Assembly: GCF_006345805.1 (NCBI RefSeq)
Contig: NC_043000.1
Coordinates: 113,708,001-113,772,000, forward strand
Reading direction: 5' to 3'
Origin: Octopus sinensis
Lineage: Eukaryota
Length of the DNA stretch: 64,000 bases
Shown: positions 54,265-64,000 of the stretch, piece after piece
Numbering within the stretch: position 1 is the first letter of the stretch
How the letters are laid out: every line of letters begins with the position of its first letter
Position numbers and translations under genes: made by a program
The notes under the pieces: model-generated
The model's database searches: none
What the model was told of the DNA's origin: nothing
The model's input: the letters and a program-made list of their open reading frames with translations, nothing else

Positions 54265-54425
54265 GACGAGCTTCTTTTAGTTTCTGTCTACCAAATCCAC
54301 TCACAAGTCTTTGGTCAGCCCGAGACTATAGTAGAAGACACTTGCCCAAGGTGCCACGCAGTAGGACTGAACCCGGGACCATGTGGCTGGTAAGCAAGCT
54401 ACTTATCACACAACCACTCCTGCGC
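54073..54425 (-). mobile_element. SINE family 1
   Basis: Reverse-complement match to the family. Confidence 0.85.
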
Positions 54426-55189
54426 CTGAGAAACCAATTCATATTAAGTTGAAGACATTGCTAAGTTTTTAGGCAACAATTGTATTTGATGAGTTCCCCT
54501 TATTGCTATGAGGTTAAGAAGTTAATTTTGCAGTAGCGTGTCTACAACCATAGTTTGCGATTCAGGCAAGCTTTGTAAGGGAGATTTTATAGAAAGTGAG
54601 AACAGTTTGTTTGCGAGTGATAGACTTATGCTGCGTCAACTGGTCTGACAATGTCATCACCACTTCCAGCCTTTAGCAGAGATCCCTCTCCAGAGAGTAT
54701 CTGAGCTAGGTCTGCAGAATTCATTATCCTAATGCAGTAATTATTACAACACACCGCGCGGTTTCTTCCATTTTTCTTCACCACTTTCGGAGGTCCTGTC
54801 ATGGTGACCCTTACCCGAAGTCGTTATCTTAACCATTTCGTCGGTGAGAGAAGATCGCTGTCAATGAGTACTTTGCGATCTCTCCAAAACTTGCAGGTGG
54901 AGGCAGCCTGGCCCGAATATTTACAGGAGGAATGCCGCTAATGGTGTGAAAGTAAATTTTGCTGTTTGATAGAGCTTGATAAAATATTGGTTTCAAATTT
55001 GGACCAGCAATTTTAGCGGGTAAGAGATAAGACGATTAGATTGATTCCAGTGAAATGAGATGCCGCTAAGCATTTTGCCCGGCCTGCAAATGAGTCTGAT
55101 AAAATATTGGTAGATAATAGACTCCGCAGAATCAACTACAACCTTTGTAGGTGGTTGTGTCAGGGTTCAAAGACCAAACCCCATAAATT

Positions 55190-55610
55190 ATATAACAATA
55201 TATTACGACTGGCAATGTTTATTTGCTTATGAGAGCGTTGATCTATGACATTCATCCATCTCCTCCTCCAGCACTGTTTCTCTGACAAAAGCAATATGGA
55301 CCCTGTGGCACTGAGAATACTGGAAGTGACCCCGAACAACAGCCGTAGAGGGTTGATGATGACATCTCTCTTCATGCAGTCACTTGCGTTCGGTTTCGAA
55401 TCACTCTGCTCCTACATCACACACGGACCTCCATGCCTTCCGATTAGCAGCAGGGGGCGACTCCCACCGATTGGAAGGGAGCCCGCTTAAAGATGGAGAC
55501 CATTTGAGATGATCTTGAAAATGAAATTTGGGACATCCGTGTTTCGATCTCACTGAAGATGGTCATCATTGGGAGCCTGATACCCGGCTACTAAATGGTT
55601 TTCACTTAAG
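55190..55610 (-). pseudogene. RTE-clade LINE C-terminal remnant
   Basis: RLPMMTIFSEIE/HGCPKFHFQDHLK...NRWESPPAANRKAWRSVCDVGAE*FETER resembles RLPK.I.Y.EL..G.P..R.KD.LK...WE.LA.NR..WR. Confidence 0.65.
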
Positions 55611-56033
55611 CCTGTAGTATTTTCATATGATGCCGTAAGACTGACAATACTCCACTCTTACAAGAAAACCATTTAGTAGCTAACACCACTAAATGTGTTC
55701 TCAGTTTTGAAGTACTCTTTAAAATTCGAACCAGAATCGAAATCTGTCAGTGACTCTCCCACGTTCTTTATTTCGAGCAGCGCTGGATTAACCATTAAGC
55801 AAAATAAGTGCGTCCCCAAGGCATCAAGGGAAATGGAGGCACCACAGAAATGGTAAGTGGTTTACGGCACAAAAGAAACCACTGGGGTACCTTATCGCAA
55901 CTAAGTATAGAAACAGATGTGTTGCATTAGATTAATTTTGAGGATCTAATCAAAAGCTTTGCAGTTATTAAAAGAGACTACTTCAAATCCAACAAAATAA
56001 TAAATATTCATCTTATTGTTAGCTTTGTTTCGT

Positions 56034-56385
56034 GGAGGCGTAATGGACCAGAGGTTAGGGCAGCAGACTCACGGTCATAGGATCGCAGTTTCGATTTCCA
56101 TACTGGGCGTTGTGAGTATTTATTGATCGAAAACACTAAAAGCTGCGGCAGGGGGGGGGGGCGAACCCTGCTGTAATCTTTCACCGCAACTTTCCCTCAT
56201 TCTTTTTTTCTGTTGTACCTGTATTTCAAAGGGCCAGCCTTGTCACACTGTTTCTCCGAGAACTACGTTCAAGGTACATTTGTCTGTAGAGTACTCAGTC
56301 ATTTGCACGTTAATTTCACGATCAGGCTGTTCCGTTGATTGAATCAACTGAAACCCTCGTCGTTGCAATCGACGGAGTGCCACGA
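56034..56385 (+). mobile_element. tRNA-derived SINE family 3
   Basis: Homologous to 48658-49000. Confidence 0.75.
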
Positions 56386-56855
56386 GTTTTGTTTCATTTA
56401 AGTCAATGGTTTATTAATGTTTATATGTTTGAATTACATGTATAAGGGGGACACGAAAATCATTTAAGTACTTAGGGCCCTCTATGGGGTCTTAATCCGG
56501 CCCCGATTTCGTCGAAAGCTTCCACATTAAGAGTTAAATGGTTCCAGATTTTGAAGCAAAAAATTCTTTGAAACGTTATGACATCTTTCTGTTGCCTATT
56601 TTATAGATGCAGAATGATCGAATGAGTGAAATTCCGTTCGCAACCATGAGGACATAGGTTCGATTCCACTGTGTTGCATGTTGAACAAATGTCATTTTGT
56701 ATAACCTCGATCCATTCATATGGGAGTAAAACTGGATTGGCGGAAACTATGTGGAAGTTCATCGGTGGATTGTACCCGTGATTTAATGGAGGCAGGCTTG
56801 TCATATATAGATTCTGAGAATTATTGTAAAAAAAAAAAAAAATAAAATAAGGTAT

Positions 56856-57222
56856 AGGCGCAGGAGTGGCTGTGTGGTAAGTAGCTTGCTTACCAACCAC
56901 ACGGTTCCGGGTTCAGTCCTACTGCGTGACACCTTAGGCAAGTGTCTTCAACTATAGCCTCGGGCCGACCAAAGCCTTGTGAGTGGATTTGGTTGATGGA
57001 AACTGAAAGAAGCCCGTCGTATTTTTATGTGTGTGTGTCCCCAACATCGCTTGACAACCGATGCTGGTGTGTTTACGTCCCCGTAACTTAGCGGTTCGGC
57101 AAAAAGAGACCGATAGAATAAGTACTAGGCTTAGAAAGAATAAGTCCTGGAGTCGATTTGCTAGACTAAAGGCGGTGCTCCAGCATGGCCGCAGTCAAAT
57201 GACTGAAACAAGTAAAAGAGTA
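56856..57222 (+). mobile_element. SINE family 1, full length
   Basis: ggcgcaggagtggctgtgtggtaagtagc...gactgaaacaagtaaaagagta. Confidence 0.9.
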
Positions 57223-57599
57223 TACTTGTTTGTGTCGCTAACTCAAAAAGTGTCGAGTCCCGTTCTCTAAACTACTGAATTTTCACACATACACCCCACG
57301 TTAAAATAAAATAGACCTCGACGGAATTTGACCTCGAAGTAGCAAAAATGACGAAACTAAATACAGGAAGGAATTATTGAAGATGGTGGGTCGGGCGATG
57401 CAATTCATCATTAGATAAATCAAACGCGAGATCGATACCAATCACGATCGTCTCCAACATGAGTAATTTATTTGTTTTAAGTAAAATTGACTTCATCGAT
57501 TTTTAACAAGAAATCATTAAATTCCGTCTGGCTAATTACCGTTTTAGATTCCAAGCGTTCCAGCTATGACCACAGATTTTTTTAATAATATTCTTTTAC

Positions 57600-57790
57600 T
57601 AGTATCAGTCATTTGACTGTGGCCATGCTGGAGCACCGTATTTAGTCGAGCAAATCGACCCTAGGACTTATTCTTTGTAAGCCTGGTACTTATTCTATCG
57701 ATCTCTTTTGCCGAACCTCTAAATTACGGGGACGTAAACACACCAGCATCGGTTGCCAAACGATGCTGGGGTGGGGAGACGAGACGAGAC

Positions 57791-57833
<43 letters not shown>

Positions 57834-57975
57834 CAGGCTTCTTTCCGTCAACCAAATCCACTCAAGGTTTTGGTCGGCCCGAGGCTATAGAAGTCTCACT
57901 GCCTGCTACCTAGTGAGACTGAACCCGGAAGCACGTGATTGGTAAGCAAGCCACTTACCACACAGCCACTCCTGT
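57600..57975 (-). mobile_element. SINE family 1
   Basis: Reverse-complement match with private internal deletions. Confidence 0.85.
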
Positions 57976-59210
57976 GCCCGATTTTTTTTTTTTTTTTTTG
58001 TAAACGATATTGTTTCAAGAATAATTCGCTGCTATTTCTAACTGTAATAACGACCATGTAGAAGTTCGTTAATCATCCTTGATCATTCGAAAATATCGAC
58101 CACTATTGGTAAACCAATATATTTTTTAACGAATAGATACACAATTGAATGATGACAAAAGACTGGTGGCATTTTTATGTATATTTTTTTTTTTTATTTC
58201 CATAAGATGTTGTATATGAAATATTTTGGTCTATTCATCCACATAGGCAGTAAATAAATATTTTTTTGTGATAATTAAATTGTGTAACAGAAATAATGAA
58301 GTAATTAACAAAATGATTGAAACTTGGCTTTGAAAGTAATAATTGGCATTAATTTAGTAAATTTCATGAAACAATAAAAACGCAAAATTCCTTTCTCATC
58401 GATAATATTGATGTCGGTGATTGGTACCGTATGGAAACGGAACTAAATAGAAATCGGGATAAAAAAAAAAAATCATGATATTGACACAAGTTATCTCCTC
58501 TGAGTATAAAGTTGTCTCCCGTGAAAACTGCTGTACGAATAAGACGTCTCCGCTGCCGACTCAAATGATTGCTAACATTTCTGTTTAAGATGGTAGCTGT
58601 TGCTTCATTACAGTATAAGGACCCTGGCGTATAACAGTTACCAAAATAAATGAATAGATGAAAATAGGATGAATTAAATGAAATATTTGATTCATTTATG
58701 ATTATAACAATCTGTACATTTTGACGAGTTTTATAAGCTGCTCGATACGTTTTTTTGTGTGTGATATCGTTAACAGAACAACGTAATTAAACAAAAATAA
58801 CTGAAACTGGATTTCGGAATCTAATTTGTATCAATTTAATCAATTTTTGTGGGTTTGTTTTTTTTTTTTTCTGCAACAACTATAAAAATATAACATTTCT
58901 CTCACTGTTATGGTGTCACCATAACGTGTATAATAACAAAGGAACAACAGGTTGGGTTTGATAATATGGCAGATATCTCATGAAACATTTTACATTTAAG
59001 ACATAATACGAAAAAAAGTCCACGTGAGGTGTAACCTTCAGATGGAATGTTAATTATTCTCTCAGAAATTAAAACGGAACAAAAAAATAATAAAACAGCA
59101 TATTCAAGAATACGTTTATAAAGAATTTGAGGGGCGATAGAACCGATAAATAAACAACTATCTTAATTGAGGTGTCGGTAAACTGGTGAAAACAGGACCA
59201 GTTGCGGTAG

Positions 59211-59625
59211 TTAAATATATCCTACACAGGACACTGATCTCACTGGGCGTTTTAGGTCTCCAAATGTGTTGTATGAACCGTTCCTGTTTAAGCGTCTGTC
59301 AAACCTATCAATACAGGACTTGGCTCGTGGACGAAGCCTTGCATGGACGAATTCAGGTTCAACCTGTTGATAAAAAAACAAAACCTTTTATAATTAAAAC
59401 TCACATTAGTAAAAACAACTGCACTAACATAATATTTTACACGACTTACTCAACAGGGAAGGGCAGCACCTACCATCTGTTTCAAAGTATAAGGTGATAA
59501 CGGGCGGCAGGAAGAAGCTGTTCTCAAACCAGAGGTCCTAGTCAGATTTCCTCTAACACGCTGGCCCGCTAAAAAGTAACTAAAGACCAGGTGACCTAAA
59601 TCGAACGGAGGAACAGGTAAATTAC
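59211..59625 (-). CDS. Two candidate phase-compatible exons (59474-59625 and 59211-59363), possibly a gene 3' end; unidentified
   Basis: Acceptors tctgttctctctcag| and gttttgtttttttatcaacag|, donor ATG|GTAGGT, 110-nt intron. Joined frame NLPVPPFDLGHLVFSYFL...KQM/VEPEFVHARL...SCVGYI*. About 1.2 kb of repeat-poor sequence follows on the 3' side. Confidence 0.3.
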
Positions 59626-59774
59626 CTGAGAGAGAACAGATCCACTACACAAGACATAAGTTATTGTAACAAGTAGCCTATACAGTAGCGAGCCATTACT
59701 ATTGCTTAATTTAATATATAAGACCGTTAAAGCATTGTTTTAAAAGACCCGAAATAGATTTTGAAGCAAACCTT

Positions 59775-59893
59775 ACACGACAGGCTTCTTTCCGTCAACC
59801 AAATCCACTCAAGGTTTTGGTCGGCCCGAGGCTATAGAAGTCTCACTGCCTGCTACGCAGTGAGACTGAACCCGGAAGCACGTGATTGGTAAG
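59775..59893 (-). mobile_element. SINE family 1 fragment, near-identical to 57828-57946
   Basis: 117/119 identical, including shared private deletions. Confidence 0.85.
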
Positions 59894-59954
59894 TTAAATA
59901 ATTAAACATTCTATACTATTAAGGTGACGAAAATAAGGAGAGTATATTCAAAAC

Positions 59955-60175
59955 GTACCTGGCTTCCATTCCCAGTCAATAGCACCGATCAACTGCTATA
60001 CAAAACAGTCATAGGTTAGGCCAATACCTTAGTGGATAGTCTAACTGGCATATTTATGCTTTTCACGATTCATGATTCCTTATAAACACGAATATGTAAC
60101 TTGTGCTAGCCAGATTCATGGCTACTTTATATAGACGCTAAACTAAGATATTGATTGGGAAAGGAAGCCAAGTAC
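59955..60175. repeat. Old MITE-like inverted repeat
   Basis: 27-bp terminal inverted repeats (24/27 match), with weaker similarity extending inward. Confidence 0.55.
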
Positions 60176-60645
60176 TTCCTCTGAGGAGCGGCCAACAAAC
60201 TGTAAAACAGTCCGTCAGGAAAATGCCTCTTTTGCTCATACAGAAATAATGAAGGTTTTCCTTATTTACCACGCAGAGAAATTTATATCTGAATGTTTCC
60301 AGTTCTGATTTATGCCGTGTTGTGCAGAAAATTGTTTTATTTTAGAAGAAATGAAGATTTCTTTTTTTCTAATTAAATTTCTCAAAGCGACCAGCAACCG
60401 TGTCTCGATATTGATCAGGAATATTTATTTTTCCCAATAGAAATATTTTAAATGTTAGATAAGGAACAGCTGATTAAATCGAATTCAATATTTCATTTTA
60501 TCGATTTCAGAAAGATAAAAGCAAAGTCGACGAGATTCGAACTCCGAACTTCAGCTGTAACTCAATACAGCAAAATAGTTTGTTCGACAATGTTTCTACC
60601 ACCCCAAAGCAATCAAGATAACAATACCTCGCACCTTGGAGGGGG

Positions 60646-61010
60646 TGAGCTGGCAGAAACGTTAGCACGCCGGGCGAAATGCTTAGCAGTATTTCGTCTG
60701 CCGCTACGTTCTGAGTTCAAATTCCGCCGAGGTCGACTTTGCCTTCCATCCTTTCGGGGTCGATTAAATAAGTACCAGTTACGCACTGAGGTCGATATAA
60801 TCGACTTAATCCGTCTGTCTGTCCTTGTTTGTCCCCTATGTGTGTAGCCCCTTGTGGGTAGTAAAGAAATAGGTATTTCGTCTGCCGTTACGTTCCGAGT
60901 TCAAATTCCGCCGAGGTCGACTTTGCCTTTCATCTTTTCGGGGGTCAATAAGTACCAGTTACGTACTGGGGTCAATCTAATCGACTGACCCCACCCTTCC
61001 CCCAAATTTC
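60646..61010 (+). mobile_element. SINE family 2, dimer
   Basis: Full unit followed directly by a second core at aaagaaataggtatttcgtctgccgttacg. Confidence 0.85.
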
Positions 61011-62299
61011 GTTCTAAATAGCTAAGTAGATATATTTCATGCTGGGAAATGACTGACAATCGCGAGTGTCTTTTGTGATCAAAAAATGGAAGTCCCAATT
61101 TATTATGTCCAATAATCCCAACACAACATCACAGTTTAATCCCCGAGACTAGACAGAATTACGTGACTGAAGAAACAGCTAATTATATTTAACTGTCACT
61201 CTGTGTTCACGCTATATCGGGAATAGGCTAAACCTCATCTCTACCGGATTCTCGTTAAAGTGATAATGAACAACACACGTAGAAAAAGAAGCTGCAGCCG
61301 ATTCTGTCCTTTGATTTGCCTGCAATCGTTAATCTTCGTGCGTATATGCAGCTATTTACTTTTTTTGCTCGGGAGCCCAGGTGAAGGGTGAAGTTAGACA
61401 CAGAGGCCCCGATTTGTGAAGGTCAATTTATCCAGTGATAGGTAGACGTGTAGAAGATATGAACGCTTTCAGGTATTTAGCTGTTCGATATTTCTTTGAT
61501 TTTGGAAGAACTAGATCAGTTAATCGAGAGGATTTTGTCTGCAAGCCTAGATAATCCTTATCGCGAGTGTTTTGTTGTAGTCAAAAAAAGGAAGCCCCAA
61601 TCGAGAAATCAATTCTGTTCAACAATAATCCCAACACAACATCACGGTTTAATCCCCGGGACTAGACAGAATTATGCTGTTGATATTTTATATAGAGATT
61701 AAGGGGTATTTGGTGACGTTAAGGCCATTCCTGAAGGAAATGCAGGGCCGCAACCCTAGATAACGTATAACTCCTAAAACCAAATCCCATCATCAGTTAT
61801 CGCTGTAATTACCATAATTAAAATAGAAATATTTGGTGAAAAAATTGCATATTAGTAAATTACTAATTCTATTTAATACAGACAATACTAGGATGCTAAC
61901 ACTAACAATTATCCTTCGTTATTACCATAATAATTAAAATAGTAATTAAAATAGTAATTAACTAATGTGCTATTTCTCGCACCACATTTCTAATCAACTT
62001 CCTAATTCTCCCTCTATTGAACATGCTAACTAAATTACTATCTCCCGTAATTAGCATAATAATTAAAATTGCAATTAACTAATACCGTATTTTCCAAAGC
62101 AGATTTATTTCTAATCAACTCTAATACTCGCTGCATTAATTATAGTAACACTAAATTATTGTCATCCGTATTTACCATTATAATTATAATTGACTAATTT
62201 AGTATTTTCCACGCTTCATTGATTTCTGATGAAATTTCCAATATTCCCTGTATTGACACAAAGTATTTTTCCGAAGTGAACAACGTCCTTGAGTATTGT

Positions 62300-62652
62300 A
62301 TTTGAGTCATGTATTCTAGAATAGACTCAAAGAATCTTATCGCTCATCTTACTTCTGAGCTGGTTCTCCGTCGGTCAACGGAACATCCGGCTCGTGAAAT
62401 TAACTTGCAAGTGGCTGAGCATTCCACAGACACGTGTACCGTTAATGGAGATCTCGGAAAGATTCAGCGAGAACTGAATGTGTCAAGGCTTGTCCTTTAA
62501 ATTACAGGCACAACTCGTTCTTGTCAACTGAATGGACCGGAGCAACGTGAAAAAGTGTCTTGTTCAAGGAGACAATGCACCGCCTGGAATCGAACTCCAG
62601 ACCTTACTATCGTGAGCCGAATACCCTAACCACTGAGCCACGTGCCTTCACT
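62300..62652 (-). mobile_element. tRNA-derived SINE, family 3-related
   Basis: Minus strand gaaggcacgtggctcagtggttagggtattcggctcacgatagtaaggtctggagttcgattcc carries A and B boxes. Confidence 0.75.
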
Positions 62653-62741
62653 TATCCTACTAATGGTCAGTAATGAAAATAGTGTTTTTATTCCAGTTTA
62701 CCACACGCTTAAATCTGTGCAGACGATAGACAACTGTAATA

Positions 62742-62972
62742 AGGCGGCGAGCTGGCAGACACGTTAGCGCGCCGGAGGAAATGCTTAGCGGTATTTCGTC
62801 TGCCGTTACGTTCTGAGTTCAAATTCCGCCGATGTCGACTTTGCATTTCATCCTTTCGGGGTCGATAAATTAAGTACCAGTTACGCACTGGGGTCGGTGT
62901 AATCGACTTAATACCTATGTCCTTGTTTGTCCCCTCTGTGTTTATCCCCTTGTGGGTAATAAAGAAATAGAT
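62742..62972 (+). mobile_element. SINE family 2
   Basis: aggcggcgagctggcagacacgttagc...gtaataaagaaata. Confidence 0.85.
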
Positions 62973-63024
62973 AGACAACTGTCAGTTTTAAATAAAGCAA
63001 GAGGCAAAAAACAAATAATTTTAC

Positions 63025-63139
63025 CCGATTCTTGTCCTTGAGGAAGAAAAGACAGATGAAGAAGAAAGACATGAAAACATTCATGGTTAAATATATCATG
63101 GTGATCCGCCAAAGGTGAAGCATCTCTGGGAGAGTTACA
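63025..63139 (-). CDS. Candidate exon encoding a hydrophobic, TM-like segment; unidentified
   Basis: Acceptor tttttcctgttcttatttcag| and donor CGG|GTAAAA; reads VTLPEMLHLWRITMIYLTMNVFMSFFFICLFFLKDKNR. Confidence 0.25.
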
Positions 63140-64000
63140 CTGAAATAAGAACAGGAAAAAAACAATTTATATTATAAAATAGTTACAATTTTATCAGCAC
63201 AAACGAAGATATCTGAAAAAGTGTTACAGTTCCAAGGGAGATAATGAAAGCGAAAAAAAGTTTTAGAAGGGACGTTACCGAAAAGCAGACGACTAAATCA
63301 CAATTTCTAGAGAAAAATATTTTTTTAAAAATTACCAGTTATCGTTAAGCTATGGCAGTGCATAAATATAAGACTAAAGCTGCCGTTGATTAGCTCCAAG
63401 AGGCCACCGCCTCTAGCTAGCTATATGACACACGAACCTGTATCCATTATAACCTTCGAACAAGGGAGGTCAGCCGCTTCCCCTTGCTGCCCAGATAACT
63501 TCAATTTTACATGAAATAATTTCAGAAAAAGTAGATATTTCTATTTAGTGAATTTACGTTGGAGTAGTACTTCAAATTGTATTTCGGTATTACAGTGCAA
63601 TTGTAATAATAGCTTAAATTGTCTATTTACCGCTAACATCTTTTCAGAAATAAGTGTGGGTTTTTTTTTTTTTTTTTTTTTTGTAACGGTCGTGTATGGA
63701 GGAGAGACCAGAAAACATATGTTACACATGATGGGACGACTTTACGAATTTGGTGAGTGAGTCAGCTGCAGAAAGTACTTTTATCAGTACTTTTCGCCGA
63801 ATACTGAAATTCAACGGCTACATTTGAAGTATCTGGTTAGTGGAAGAAGAAAAAAGCTATTGCAAAACAATGGTTCTAACATGCAACTCTCATATTTCCT
63901 CGTCTGCTGTCAGTCGTCGCAATTTTGGCTGTCCATGGTTTTGACATGACTTGATAAGCCAGAAAAAAAAAAAAAAAAAAAAAAGAAATATGGCCAGTAT

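Noticed and set aside
59232-59370. Actin-like reading (RFRSPNVLYEP resembles RFRCPEALFQP)
   Set aside because: The resemblance covers about 11 residues only, the frame stops shortly afterwards, and there is no good donor or other actin exons.
59959-59995. Apparent 34/37-nt exon LIGAIDWEWKPG linking the minus-strand candidate exons in phase
   Set aside because: It largely overlaps one arm of an inverted repeat (59955-60175) whose other arm carries nearly the same string, so it is more simply explained as MITE sequence.

Overview
AT-rich, microsatellite-saturated animal genomic DNA. The SINE types, repeat density and composition fit a coleoid cephalopod, most likely Octopus (inferred from familiarity with these repeat families, not from a search). 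There is one 100-N scaffold gap. No host gene can be firmly identified, and nearly all ORFs in the supplied track are translations of simple repeats. The window is mostly transposon remnants: three recurrent SINE families; decayed mariner and Tc1 transposases; fragments of R4/Dong, CR1, RTE and Penelope-like retroelements; non-autonomous Helitrons; and several MITE/fold-back inverted repeats. The main observation is a set of type I hammerhead ribozyme (HHR) folds in several apparently unrelated non-coding repeat families. One family (about 506-bp monomer; HHRs at 1422-1486, 31875-31939 and 32104-32168) shows compensatory base changes in three helices, circularly permuted copies, and a 276-bp head-to-head inverted arrangement. 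These features fit Penelope pseudo-LTRs or non-LTR retrozymes. A few splice-site-bounded candidate exons and a promoter-like motif cluster are listed at low confidence. Boundaries of SINE, LINE and transposase fragments are approximate.
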